From an uncultured Christensenella sp. (GTDB lineage Bacteria; Bacillota; Clostridia; Christensenellales; UBA1242): a stretch of DNA of 64,000 bases. Below the pieces are notes generated by a model. It did no database searches. It saw only the letters and a program-made list of their open reading frames with translations, and was not told the DNA's origin. Each line of letters opens with the position of its first letter. Positions within the stretch are counted from its first letter, which is position 1. The translations under genes and the position numbers were made by a program. The DNA lies in contig CAJUBT010000005.1 of NCBI GenBank assembly GCA_910584815.1, positions 21,222 to 85,221 of the forward strand, read 5' to 3'. Positions 45,947 through 56,325 of the stretch are shown one piece after another.

Positions 45947-48319
45947 TTATAATTTAATATCTATTGAATTTTGTTTAAATTTATCTATAACAGCAGTATG
46001 AAATTTTTCAATATCCTCTGAAGTTAAAGTTCTGTCTAAACTATTAACTTCATAATGTAAGGTATATGTTTTGAAATTGCTATCTTTTTCCTCATAAATT
46101 CCAAGTAGATTTACACTATAATTAAGTTTTGTTTTTATATCCTTTGCATAGCCAATTATGTCTTTATATAATAGTTCTTTAGGAATGTTAAAACTAAAAT
46201 CTAATTTAGTGGTTGGGTATTTACTAATTTTTTCAAATTTTATTTCGTTATTACTTATATCCATTAGTTTGGTAAAGTTTATTTCAAAACCTACAACGGT
46301 ACAGTTTTCCTTAATATTATTTGAATTAGTGGTATGAATAGTAAAAATATCTCCAACTTCAATATTGTTTGCTAAAATTTTATAGTAATTTTTTGGATGA
46401 TAGTAATTATTTTTTGGTGTAGATAGTGATAAAGACATTTCAATTTTAAAAATATATTCAAATAAATAATTAAGAATTTCTTTTAAATTTAAAAGTTCAT
46501 TTTCTAAACTGCCATTTTTGTTATATAAAATTACTCCAAGACTTTTTGTTTCATCAGCAAGTCCATCTTCTTTTATGTTTCTAACAACTCTTCCAATTTC
46601 AAAGGTTCCTATTTTATTAAGTGCGTTTTTATTATCAACAACAACTTTTAATAAACTTGGAATAATTGTACTTCTTATTTTATCGTTTTCTTTATTTATA
46701 GAATTAACACATCTTATAACACTTGTTGGTTGTAAATTTAATAATGAGTTTGTTGCAAGGTCGTACCATATATATGAATGAGTTTCATTTAAATCAAACC
46801 TAGTTGCAAGAGTAAGTTTTGTGTCATATTCTAATTTTATTGCTTTATCTAATAAAGCGGGTTTTACAGGTTGAATTATGGATTTAGGAGTAATGTTATC
46901 ATAGCCATAAATTCTAGTAATTTCTTCAACTAGGTCTGCTTTACCATTTATATCTTTTGTTGCTCTAAATGTTGGAACAGAAAATTTATAAACGCCATTG
47001 TTATTTTCAAGTAGTTTAAATTCCAAACTTTGTAAAATACTTAAAATAGTTTTTTCATCGATTTCAATTCCAATAAAATTATCTATATAAGCTTTTGTTA
47101 ATGTTATTTCTAATTTTTTATATTTGTTTAAGTAACAGTCAGTTATATTAGAGGATATATCTGCATTTTTGTCGTGTTGTTTAATAAGATAAATATATCT
47201 TAAAAGTGCTGTTAAAGTTAGTTCAGGGTCGAGAGATTTTTCATATCTTGCACTAGCCTCTGTGCGCATTCCAAGGCTTGTAGCTGTAGTTCTAACTTTA
47301 TAGGCATCAAAATTAGCAGACTCTATAAGAACACTTGAGGTTTCATTAGTTATTTCGCTATTTTCCCCTCCCATTATTCCAGCAAGTGCAACAGGGTTAT
47401 TATTAGTTGCTATAACCATAGTTTCTTTTTGTAAATTTCTGTTATTTCCATCTAGAGTTTTAAACGAACAAGCATTATTTAAGTCATATACTTGAATATT
47501 TTTAACAATGTTATTGTCAAAAGCGTGCATAGGCTGACCAAGTTCTAACATTACATAGTTAGTTACATCTGCAAGTAAATTGATGCCACGCATTCCACAA
47601 TAATATAAACGAATTTGCATATTTATAGAAGAATTTTTAATTGTAATATTATTCATACTTGCGGTTGTATATCTATTACAAAATTTTGATGTAACTTTTA
47701 CATCTATATTATTATTTGATTTAAAGTTTTGTAGTTTTTCAACTGGGAGTTCTTTTAATTTTCTACCAGTTAAAGCTGCAATTTCTCTTGCTATTCCGTA
47801 ATGCCCCCAAAGGTCTGGGCGATTGGTTAAAGATTTATTGTCAACTTCAAAAATAATATCTTCCATATCTAAAACTTGTTTAATATCAACCCCAATAGGA
47901 GTGTTTTCATCAAGTTCTATAATTCCAGAATGATCATCACTTACACCAATTTCATCTCCACCGCAACACATTCCAAAACTTTCTACACCTGCAAGTTTTG
48001 CTTTTGATATTTTAATATCACCAAGTTTAGCACCTATTTTAGCTAGTGCTGTAACCAAACCAACGCGAACATTTGGTGCACCGCAAACAATTTGAAGAGT
48101 TTCATCTCCAGCATCTACTTTTAAAAGGTGTAATTTTTTACTATTTGGAACGTCTTGAACTTCAACTATTTTTGCTGTTACAACACCACTTATATTTTTA
48201 CCTTTATATTCTATGCCTTCAACTTCTGCTACTCCCATAGTAAATTTTGAAATTGTTTCTTCTATGTTTATCCCATCTAAATCAACGAAATCTTTTATCC
48301 AATTAATTGATACCTTCAT
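45947..48319 (-). CDS. pheT: Phenylalanyl-tRNA synthetase beta subunit
   Basis: 790 aa. N-terminal tRNA-binding OB domain (MKVSINWIKDFV...), B3/4 and B5 domains. Follows pheS. Confidence 0.95.
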   Translation of the reverse strand: MKVSINWIKDFVDLDGINIEETISKFTMGVAEVEGIEYKGKNISGVVTAKIVEVQDVPNSKKLHLLKVDAGDETLQIVCGAPNVRVGLVTALAKIGAKLGDIKISKAKLAGVESFGMCCGGDEIGVSDDHSGIIELDENTPIGVDIKQVLDMEDIIFEVDNKSLTNRPDLWGHYGIAREIAALTGRKLKELPVEKLQNFKSNNNIDVKVTSKFCNRYTTASMNNITIKNSSINMQIRLYYCGMRGINLLADVTNYVMLELGQPMHAFDNNIVKNIQVYDLNNACSFKTLDGNNRNLQKETMVIATNNNPVALAGIMGGENSEITNETSSVLIESANFDAYKVRTTATSLGMRTEASARYEKSLDPELTLTALLRYIYLIKQHDKNADISSNITDCYLNKYKKLEITLTKAYIDNFIGIEIDEKTILSILQSLEFKLLENNNGVYKFSVPTFRATKDINGKADLVEEITRIYGYDNITPKSIIQPVKPALLDKAIKLEYDTKLTLATRFDLNETHSYIWYDLATNSLLNLQPTSVIRCVNSINKENDKIRSTIIPSLLKVVVDNKNALNKIGTFEIGRVVRNIKEDGLADETKSLGVILYNKNGSLENELLNLKEILNYLFEYIFKIEMSLSLSTPKNNYYHPKNYYKILANNIEVGDIFTIHTTNSNNIKENCTVVGFEINFTKLMDISNNEIKFEKISKYPTTKLDFSFNIPKELLYKDIIGYAKDIKTKLNYSVNLLGIYEEKDSNFKTYTLHYEVNSLDRTLTSEDIEKFHTAVIDKFKQNSIDIKL

Positions 48320-48344
48320 TCTTGTTTATTCCCCTTTAACCTTC

Positions 48345-49373
48345 TTACTTAACCTTTGCTTGAGATAAAGCTGTAATATTGCCACTATTTAACAATCTAA
48401 TTTCTGTAATGTCATAGGTCATCATAGCAAGCCTTGAAAATCCTAAACCAAAAGCAAAACCTTGATATTCATCTGGGTCAATACCACCCATTTTTAAAAC
48501 ATTAGGGTGAATCATCCCACAAGGGCATAATTCTATCCAACCACCGTGTTTGCAAACTCTGCAGCCCTTGCCATTGCAATAAGGACAAGAAATGTCTAGT
48601 TCAAACCCAGGTTCAACAAAAGGAAAGAAACCAGGTCTTAACCTTACATCTATTTCCTTACCGAAAACTTGTGTTAACATTTTTTTCATAAAATAAATTA
48701 AATTTGAAATGCTAACATTTTTGTCAATCATCATACCCTCAATTTGAAAGAAAGTGTTTTCGTGGCTAGCATCTAGTTCTTCATTTCTAAAACATCTTCC
48801 TGGAAATATTGCTTTTAATGGAGCTCCATATTTTTTCATAATTCTGTTTTGTGCTGCTGAAGTGTGCGTTTTAAGAACTTGTCCATTATCTAAATAAAAG
48901 GTGTCTTGCATATCTCTTGCTGGATGATTTTTAGGCACATTAACGGCTTCAAAATTATTATATTCTGTTTCTATTTCATTACCATCTTCAACGGTAAAAC
49001 CCATACTTAAAAAGATATCTATAACCTTTTGTTGTACTATAGTAATAGGGTGCAAACTTCCCTTTAGTTTTTTACAACTTGGAATAGTTAAGTCCACTTG
49101 CTTTGTATTGTTAATGCTATCTTCAATTTTCTTTTTAATAAAATATTTTTCTTTTTCTTCAATGGCTGTAGAAATTGATTGTTTTAAATTGTTAACTGCA
49201 AGCCCAAAATTCTTTTTTTCTTCATTAGGAATTTCTTTCATTAGTTTCATTAGATCTGTAACTTTACCAGATTTACCAAGATATAATTGATAAAAAGATG
49301 ATAATTCTTCAGATGAATTTATGTTTTTTAATTGTTCCTGTGCTTCAATTAAAATTTTTTGAATATCTACCAT
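48345..49373 (-). CDS. pheS: Phenylalanyl-tRNA synthetase alpha subunit
   Basis: 342 aa. Class II motifs (HPARDMQDTFY, FRNE, GFAFGLGFSRLAM). Confidence 0.95.
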   Translation of the reverse strand: MVDIQKILIEAQEQLKNINSSEELSSFYQLYLGKSGKVTDLMKLMKEIPNEEKKNFGLAVNNLKQSISTAIEEKEKYFIKKKIEDSINNTKQVDLTIPSCKKLKGSLHPITIVQQKVIDIFLSMGFTVEDGNEIETEYNNFEAVNVPKNHPARDMQDTFYLDNGQVLKTHTSAAQNRIMKKYGAPLKAIFPGRCFRNEELDASHENTFFQIEGMMIDKNVSISNLIYFMKKMLTQVFGKEIDVRLRPGFFPFVEPGFELDISCPYCNGKGCRVCKHGGWIELCPCGMIHPNVLKMGGIDPDEYQGFAFGLGFSRLAMMTYDITEIRLLNSGNITALSQAKVK

Positions 49374-49621
49374 AATTAACTACCCTTTTAATATTAAAAA
49401 ATAAAAAACAACTTACCAAAATTGTCAATTATTTGACATTAGGGCGAAGTTGCTTTCTTCACTTTATAACCTAAACATTTAGTAAAATACTAAACATAAC
49501 TTTTGGAAATTTTTTAAAGGAACAAGTCCGTTCTTCCCTACTATAGTTTTAAAAGTTAAATTTTATTTAAAAACTTATTTTTTAACAAAAGAATGTTAGC
49601 ATTATTTATGGGTTTTGTCAA
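49374..49621 (-). promoter_or_regulatory. pheST promoter and leader with a terminator/attenuator (possible divergent T-box)
   Basis: Minus strand: -35 TTGACA (49621-49616), 17-bp spacer, -10 TAACAT (49598-49593). A leader of about 200 nt ends in an imperfect long hairpin GCAACTTCGCCCTAATGTCAA...TTGACAATTTTGGTAAGTTGT plus TTTTTTATTTTTT (49453-49395). AGGTTATAAAGTG...TTCGCCCT only loosely resembles the T-box GGTGGTACCGCG...TCGTCCC. Confidence 0.4.
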
Positions 49622-49664
49622 CTTATTAGACAAAACTTAATTATGTTTTGATGTATATAAACTA

Positions 49665-50363
49665 TTATTTTAAATTAGATATATTAGAGTTGTTTAAGTA
49701 TATATTTGGTATTTTTCCGATTATTACACATTCTGCAAGAAGATAATTACTTGATTGCCTTATTTTTTCAAAACCGAATGGAAGAATTAAGGATGCTTCT
49801 GTTTCAATTTCAACATAAATTTTATGATTGGTCTGATTTATTCCCGCTTCTTCAAATGAAGTGTAAAAATTACAACTTGCACTTCCAATAGGTTCAATGC
49901 TTAAATTTATTTTTCCACCTTTTCCAGATAAAAAGCCAATTCCAGAACAAGTACCAATAGGAATATTAAGCCCAAGTTTAGATACTTTGTCTATTTCATC
50001 TTGGGTAGCTTTTGCAAGAGAGTTGCTCACTTGGTTAATTTTTATAGTTTCTGCTTTTATTGCCAAAATATCTCCATTGCTTGCATATGAAATTTTTACA
50101 AAATCATCGTAGGCTAAGCTATTAATAACTTCTGCTATTGCATTGTTAGAACTTTTAACTAATAGTTTTTGAATGTTTGCTTCGCCATAAGAATAAATAA
50201 TAGGGTTAACAATTTTTACTAAGTAAAGTAATATTAAAAATAAAATTAAAAAGATAGTAAAAGACAACAAAATTAATTTTCGTTTAAAACTTTTACTTCT
50301 ACTAATTTTAAAATGTTTTTTTAGATATTTTTTTTCACAATCGGTATATATACTTTTATTCAC
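49665..50363 (-). CDS. yunB: Sporulation protein YunB
   Basis: 232 aa. N-terminal TM and the C-terminal pattern IPIGTCSGIGFLSGKGGKINLSIEPIGS...EEAGINQTNHKIYVEIE...VIIGKIPNIY typical of YunB. Confidence 0.8.
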   Translation of the reverse strand: MNKSIYTDCEKKYLKKHFKISRSKSFKRKLILLSFTIFLILFLILLYLVKIVNPIIYSYGEANIQKLLVKSSNNAIAEVINSLAYDDFVKISYASNGDILAIKAETIKINQVSNSLAKATQDEIDKVSKLGLNIPIGTCSGIGFLSGKGGKINLSIEPIGSASCNFYTSFEEAGINQTNHKIYVEIETEASLILPFGFEKIRQSSNYLLAECVIIGKIPNIYLNNSNISNLK

Positions 50364-50448
50364 ATTTATTTTTATGACAATATAAAAAAATATATTACTA
50401 ATTTTGTAATATATTTTTGTTTTTTGTAGTATTTTATAATATTAAGTT

Positions 50449-50820
50449 TTAAGACTTTTTACTTCTTGACCTGAAAATTAATGCAAACAGATAGCCAAAG
50501 CCTACCGCAGCAGCTATTCCTGCAGCAGTTGCAGTTAGTCCACCTGTAAATATGCCTAATATACCATCCTTTTTAACGGCTTCCATTGCTCCTCTTGCAA
50601 GACTTGCCCCAAAGCCAATAATAGGAACTGTTATACCAGCATTGGCAAAATTCTTTATAGGTTCAAACAAGGTTACTGCTTGCAAAAAAACTCCAATAAG
50701 TTCAAATAAAACTAAAATTCTAGCAGAAGTCATTCTTGTTCTAATAATTAATATTTGAGCCAATAAACATATTAGTCCGCCAATTACAAAAACTATTAAA
50801 TATTTTAAAAACATATCCAT
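50449..50820 (-). CDS. spoVAE: Stage V sporulation protein AE (SpoVAEB-type)
   Basis: 123 aa membrane protein. Last gene of the spoVAC-AD-AE block. Confidence 0.8.
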   Translation of the reverse strand: MDMFLKYLIVFVIGGLICLLAQILIIRTRMTSARILVLFELIGVFLQAVTLFEPIKNFANAGITVPIIGFGASLARGAMEAVKKDGILGIFTGGLTATAAGIAAAVGFGYLFALIFRSRSKKS

Positions 50821-50825
50821 AAAAT

Positions 50826-51836
50826 TTATCTTCCTTTTTCTATAATAACAGCGTGGGCAATGCCAGGGATTGTGTCTCCTTGCTGTGCAGAAGTAGTACT
50901 CATTAATGCCCCTGTGGACATTAATATAACTTTTTTATAATCTCCTGAATCAAGTTTACTTAGAATATAAGAGTTCATAACACTTGCACTACAACCGCAA
51001 CCACTGCCCCCCATAAATGCTCGTTCATTATTGTCATAAATTATTTGACCACAATCGCAATAATTTTCTCCAACTTTATAGCCATAGTTTTCTAATAAGT
51101 CTACAAGTAATTCTGAACCAAGTTTTCCTAAATCGCCTGTGGCTATAAGGTCATAATCGCTAGGTTTAGTTTTTGTGTCCTGAAACAAATTTTTAAGTGT
51201 GTCTGCAGCTGCTGGAGCCATTGCTGCACCCATATTATTCATATCATTTATTCCAAAATCAACAACTTTTCCAAAGGTTGCATAGGTTATTTTATGCCCT
51301 TCTCCAACCCTAGAAAGAACACTACAACCAGCTCCTGTAACAGTCCATTGTGCTGTAGGTGGTCTTTGGCAACCCAATTCTAAGGGAAATCTGAATTGTC
51401 TTTCTGCAGTTGAAAAATGACTACAAGTTGCACAAGCAACCTTTTCTGCACTACCCCCATCTATTAAACACGCACCCAAAGCAATGCTTAATGTCATAGT
51501 AGAACACGCACCGAATAGCCCTACGAAAGAAGTTTGCAATTGTCTAGCTGAATATGAGGCCGAAATAATTTGATTTAATAAATCACCACTTAATAAAATA
51601 TCTATATCTGTTGATAATAAATTAGCTTTGTCTACAGCCCCACATATTGCTTGTTCTAACATTTTTCGTTCAGCCCTTTCGTATGTTTTTTCGTTAAAGG
51701 CATCATTTTTTAAAACATAATCAAAATATTTTGCAACTGGGCTTTTTGCTTCTTTAGGTCCAACTATGGAATAACCACTAATTAGTTTTGGTGGCAATTC
51801 AAATTTTATTGTATTTTCTCCAACTCTCTTTATCAT
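50826..51836 (-). CDS. spoVAD: Stage V sporulation protein AD
   Basis: 336 aa. Thiolase/KAS-like fold pattern (GACSTM, GGSGCGCS) typical of SpoVAD. Confidence 0.88.
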   Translation of the reverse strand: MIKRVGENTIKFELPPKLISGYSIVGPKEAKSPVAKYFDYVLKNDAFNEKTYERAERKMLEQAICGAVDKANLLSTDIDILLSGDLLNQIISASYSARQLQTSFVGLFGACSTMTLSIALGACLIDGGSAEKVACATCSHFSTAERQFRFPLELGCQRPPTAQWTVTGAGCSVLSRVGEGHKITYATFGKVVDFGINDMNNMGAAMAPAAADTLKNLFQDTKTKPSDYDLIATGDLGKLGSELLVDLLENYGYKVGENYCDCGQIIYDNNERAFMGGSGCGCSASVMNSYILSKLDSGDYKKVILMSTGALMSTTSAQQGDTIPGIAHAVIIEKGR

Positions 51837-52288
51837 AATAACCCCACTATATAATAAATAATTCCTACAATAATGCTTGAAGCAACCCCTGTAACAATAA
51901 CAGGGCCTGCTACTGTGAACATTTTAACGCATAAACCAAATATTAACCCTTCATTTTTATATTCTAGTGCTGGGCTAGCAATAGAATTTGAAAAACCTGT
52001 TATAGGAACGATTGAACCTGCACCCGCAAACGCCCCTATTCTATCGTATACGCCAAGCCCTGTTAGAAATGAAGCTAAGAATATAAGAATAATTAAAGTA
52101 TAGGCTTGTACATTATCTATTGGAAGTTTTGGAAAGATTGCTTTAATTGCATCACTTATTCCTTGCCCTAAACAACAAATTAGACCTCCCACCAAAAATG
52201 CCCATAAAAGAGATGGAAAAAACTTTGTTTTAGGTAACCTATTTTCTACATAAGCACAATAAGCTTTATTTATTTTTCCCTTATCCAT
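51833..52288 (-). CDS. spoVAC: Stage V sporulation protein AC
   Basis: 151 aa four-TM protein. GAGSIVPITGFSNS motif. Overlaps spoVAD by 4 nt. Confidence 0.88.
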   Translation of the reverse strand: MDKGKINKAYCAYVENRLPKTKFFPSLLWAFLVGGLICCLGQGISDAIKAIFPKLPIDNVQAYTLIILIFLASFLTGLGVYDRIGAFAGAGSIVPITGFSNSIASPALEYKNEGLIFGLCVKMFTVAGPVIVTGVASSIIVGIIYYIVGLL

Positions 52289-52433
52289 TTACTACTCCTT
52301 TTTTACTTTTTTATATTTTTCACAAAAGAATATTTACGAACTTAAAAAAAATAAACATAAATTTATAATTTCATAAATATTTTTTTAAATTTTAAACAAA
52401 ATAAAAGTATTAAAGTAAATTTTGGAGGATTTT

Positions 52434-55025
52434 ATGAAAAAACTTTTTGGAATTATTTCTTTGCTACTTGTTGCAGTATTATTTTTTGGTTGTTCAAATA
52501 ACAATTCTGCACAGGTTAAATTGGCAAGTCAAAAACTAGATGCTAGCCTTAATAATATTATTAGAGAAATTAACAAATTAGAAAGTGTTGAAAATGACAA
52601 ATTAGACCTTACAGATTTGTTGGATGATTATTCTAAAACAGATTATACACAAGAAAACGAAAATCAATATATAAATAATTCAGAACAAAATAACTATAAA
52701 GAAAATAATCAATATCAAAATATGAATATTACCCCTAAAAGTTATGAAAAAGATAGGGACAATATAATTTTAGCAAGAGGTATTTCTCTTTCACGCAAAA
52801 ATAACAACAAAATTTTTAACTTTATTGGTAAAAATAACACAGCAATGACTAATAACTCCCCTTCTTTAGTAGAAAACGATTACAAAGGATTATATTCAAT
52901 AAGTAACGATTGTTGCGAAGTTAACAAAGAATTTGCCAGTTTAAAAGCAGAACTTTTAAACAATTGTAAAGAAACAAAAACTTTATTAAAACAATTAAAA
53001 GAAAGTAATGTAACATTATCTAATAGTGAACTTAAAACGCTTAATAGTTATTTTGAAGTAATGAATCAATGTGTATATAATTTAAGAAACTGCAAAAGTT
53101 GTTCTACTACAGCAAATCAAATAAATAACAAAAAAATTAATCTTGCAAATAACTGTGGTAGTATGAATGCTGATTATTTAAAGATTTATAATAATTTAGA
53201 TTCTTGTTGCACCTCTTGCAATAACGCTAATAACACTGTTTGTGAATTAAACAAATTTGTATCAAAACTTTTAAATGTTAACGGAAACAAAAATTCTTCT
53301 ACTAAAAATATCGATAATGTAGCAAATAGTAATAACAGAAGTTCCAATAATAGATATATAAGAAATAATAGATATTTATCAAAAATCAACAATAGAAAGA
53401 ATGCTAACACTAAAGATATTACTAATTCAACAGTAGAAAATAAAACACCAATTAATAATAGTAATAGTAAAATTAATAATGAAAATAAACAAAATAGTAA
53501 TGTTAATTTAAATGATAGTTATTCAACTACTAAAAACACAAATTCAAATAATAGCACTAATGATTTAGCTAAAAACTTTAACAATGAATTAAACAACACA
53601 ACAAACAATGCTAATACTATAAATAATAGTTTAATTAATAATACAATTAATAATTTAAAAAATAATGAAAACATTCAAAATAATGTAAGTAAAGAAAATA
53701 GTTATATCAATAATGCTAATGTAGAAAATAATTTAAAAGAAAGTTTCCCAAAAAATAAGGAACTTGAAAACAAAATTATAAATAACTTAAAAACAAATGA
53801 AACAAATCAAAATGGAACTTTAAATAATACAGCTACTTCTAATACAAAAAATGACTTATTAAATAATACTTCAGTTGAAAATAACACCTTAAATAATATA
53901 AATAAACCTATTATGCCAAGAGTAGATAATAAAGATTATTCAAGCACAGATAAAAATGTTGCTAATGAAGTAAGTAAAAATAATAATATAAATTCAAATA
54001 ATAATGTATCTGCGTCAACTTCATTAAATAGTAACCAAGATATAGATAAAGAATTTACTTTTAACGATCAACTTGATAATAAAACAAACAGTAATAACTT
54101 AACTAACAATATCAACACAAATTTAAATAGTATGAATAAATCTAACAATAGCAATTTAAATAATAATATAGATAATAGTGTTAATAATAATTCTACTATT
54201 ATAAATAATAATAGTTCCAATAAAGTAAAAGATGAAAATAAAACATTAAATAACTTAGATCTAAAGAAGAATGACAATTTAACAGAAAATGAAAAGGTTG
54301 AATTAGATAAACAAAATGGATTATATGACTCTAATAATAAGGGTAATAATATAAACAGTAATTCTTCTTTAAATAAAAATTATTTTAGTAAACAATACAA
54401 TAAAAAATATGGTAGAAATATACCTTTCAGCAAAGTAACAAAAGATAGAATAAATAGAAGTTTTAACAATTATACAAATAATCAAAATACGACAAGTCAA
54501 AATAAAAATATAAATAACTCAAAAACAAATTCTAACACTAATCAAACAATAGCAAATAACACAAATAGCAAATTATATAGTGACAAAGAAAATATAGACA
54601 CAAAAAATGTAGTTGATACTTCAATAAATAGTGCTAAAAATCAAATTACAAATTTAGAGGCAAATAAATCTCTTCCTATTATTGATGTTACTAATGAACA
54701 AGTTTCTAGCCCAACTGTAGATAGTAAAACAAATACTGTAGATGCTAATTTAAATAATACATCTACTGAAACTAATATTAATAATAAAGACACTAATTTA
54801 TACAATATAAATAACACTTTAACAGAAAATACAAATAGCGAAATAATGAATAATAATATATCGAATTATAATAAAGCAATTAATAAGATTGGAAATGGAA
54901 ATGTTAGTTCATTAAATCAAAATAAAAATATTAATCAAACATCTTCAACATCTTATAATGCAAAAAATGTAAATCAAACTTTAGCATATGGACCAAAGAA
55001 TGTAAGAGCAAATATTGCTATTTAA
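52434..55025 (+). CDS. Very large Asn-rich low-complexity lipoprotein
   Basis: I prefer the ATG at 52434 after GGAGG. Lipobox LFFGC|SNNN. Cys-rich coiled region in the first ~290 aa, then ~570 aa dominated by N/S/T/K. Confidence 0.7.
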   Translation: MKKLFGIISLLLVAVLFFGCSNNNSAQVKLASQKLDASLNNIIREINKLESVENDKLDLTDLLDDYSKTDYTQENENQYINNSEQNNYKENNQYQNMNITPKSYEKDRDNIILARGISLSRKNNNKIFNFIGKNNTAMTNNSPSLVENDYKGLYSISNDCCEVNKEFASLKAELLNNCKETKTLLKQLKESNVTLSNSELKTLNSYFEVMNQCVYNLRNCKSCSTTANQINNKKINLANNCGSMNADYLKIYNNLDSCCTSCNNANNTVCELNKFVSKLLNVNGNKNSSTKNIDNVANSNNRSSNNRYIRNNRYLSKINNRKNANTKDITNSTVENKTPINNSNSKINNENKQNSNVNLNDSYSTTKNTNSNNSTNDLAKNFNNELNNTTNNANTINNSLINNTINNLKNNENIQNNVSKENSYINNANVENNLKESFPKNKELENKIINNLKTNETNQNGTLNNTATSNTKNDLLNNTSVENNTLNNINKPIMPRVDNKDYSSTDKNVANEVSKNNNINSNNNVSASTSLNSNQDIDKEFTFNDQLDNKTNSNNLTNNINTNLNSMNKSNNSNLNNNIDNSVNNNSTIINNNSSNKVKDENKTLNNLDLKKNDNLTENEKVELDKQNGLYDSNNKGNNINSNSSLNKNYFSKQYNKKYGRNIPFSKVTKDRINRSFNNYTNNQNTTSQNKNINNSKTNSNTNQTIANNTNSKLYSDKENIDTKNVVDTSINSAKNQITNLEANKSLPIIDVTNEQVSSPTVDSKTNTVDANLNNTSTETNINNKDTNLYNINNTLTENTNSEIMNNNISNYNKAINKIGNGNVSSLNQNKNINQTSSTSYNAKNVNQTLAYGPKNVRANIAI

Positions 55026-55035
55026 TATATTTATT

Positions 55036-55073
55036 AAAAAAATTCTATGTTAATATTACATAGAATTTTTTTT
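55036..55073 (+). terminator. Intrinsic terminator after the Asn-rich lipoprotein gene
   Basis: AATTCTATGT / ACATAGAATT stem followed by TTTTTTT. Confidence 0.65.
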
Positions 55074-55136
55074 ATAATTTGAAAAAAAGAATTGCAATTA
55101 AATAACTTTTATGATAATATTACAAAGTAAATTTTT

Positions 55137-55222
55137 GCCGAAGTGGCGGAATGGTAGACGCACAAGACTCAAAATCTTGCGTAGGCAACTACATGTGGGT
55201 TCGAGTCCCACCTTCGGTACCA
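55137..55222 (+). tRNA. tRNA-Leu (anticodon CAA), type II with a long variable arm
   Basis: Acceptor GCCGAAG/CTTCGGT, anticodon loop CTCAAAA, long variable arm, T-loop GGTTCGAGTCC, encoded CCA. Confidence 0.93.
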
Positions 55223-55225
55223 AAT

Positions 55226-55262
55226 AAAAACAGAAACCTATTTTTAGATTTCTGTTTTTTTT
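55226..55262 (+). terminator. Intrinsic terminator after tRNA-Leu
   Basis: CAGAAACCTA / TAGATTTCTG stem (one mismatch) followed by TTTTTTTT. Confidence 0.6.
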
Positions 55263-55405
55263 ATAAAAATTAAATATATAAATTACTATCACAAATGTTT
55301 CATAACAATTAGAAATTAGTGTTTTAAAAATTTAAAAGGTTTAATAAAAAAAATTTAATTATAAATTTAATATATTAAGTTATCACAAACATTAAAATTA
55401 TATTG

Positions 55406-56143
55406 TTAAAACATTCCACCATCAATAACAATAATTTCTCCATTAATATAATTTGCCTCATCACTAACTAAAAAAGCGGTTAAATTTGCAACATCTTCAG
55501 GAGTTCCAATTCTTTTTTTTAAAATTCTTTCTTTTTCAAATTCCATAATATCAGGAGTTAAATCTTTATTCATATCTGTATTTATCCAACCTGGGGCTAT
55601 AGCATTCACATTAACAAAAGGTGAAAATTCTATTGCCAAATTTTTTGTTATGGAATTAATTGCTGATTTTGAAGCATCGTAATCTATCGTTGTTGGATAA
55701 AAACAATTTATAGAATTATTTGATGATAAATTAATTATTTTTCCATATTTATTTTTTACCATTTCAAAACCAACCAGTCGGGACAATTGGAACAAGCCGA
55801 ATACGTTTGTTTTAAAGGTTTCTATAAAATGACCGACTGTTCGGTCTTTAACATCTAAATCTAAACAAATTCCTGCATTATTAATTAAAATATCTATTTT
55901 ACCAAAATTATTTATTGCAAAATTAAATAAATTATTTACCTCTTTTTCTTCTGCTATATTTGCCTTAAAAATTAAAGCATTAACATTAAATTTTTCTTTA
56001 ATTTCCTTCATTAATTCTTCTGCTTGAATTTTCGAATTATTATAATTAATAATAATATCGTAATTTAAACTTGCAAGTTTTAATGCTATTGCCTTACCTA
56101 TTCCCCTACTAGCCCCAGTAATTAATGCTACTTTATTTTTCAT
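55406..56143 (-). CDS. Short-chain dehydrogenase/reductase (FabG-like)
   Basis: 245 aa. TGASRGIG, NNAG and YDASK motifs. Confidence 0.88.
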   Translation of the reverse strand: MKNKVALITGASRGIGKAIALKLASLNYDIIINYNNSKIQAEELMKEIKEKFNVNALIFKANIAEEKEVNNLFNFAINNFGKIDILINNAGICLDLDVKDRTVGHFIETFKTNVFGLFQLSRLVGFEMVKNKYGKIINLSSNNSINCFYPTTIDYDASKSAINSITKNLAIEFSPFVNVNAIAPGWINTDMNKDLTPDIMEFEKERILKKRIGTPEDVANLTAFLVSDEANYINGEIIVIDGGMF

Positions 56144-56325
56144 AAATAACCCTTTTATATCTTTCTAAAATACTTATTAAAGTATTTAATTAATATATTA
56201 TATTTTTGAGAATAAATATAAATTTTAATTCTTTCAGTAATAATAATTTAAACTTAAGATTAAACATAAAGAGGGACTAATAATAAAGTGATGTTATTCA
56301 CCAAAACTAATCCCTATTTTTATAT

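Noticed and set aside
53300-54950. Asn-rich coding region as a tandem DNA repeat or VNTR
   Set aside because: There is no exact periodic unit. It is compositional low complexity (AAT/AAC-rich) rather than a tandem repeat array.
55098-55292. 64-aa minus-strand ORF
   Set aside because: It is antisense to, and fully explained by, tRNA-Leu(CAA) at 55137-55222.
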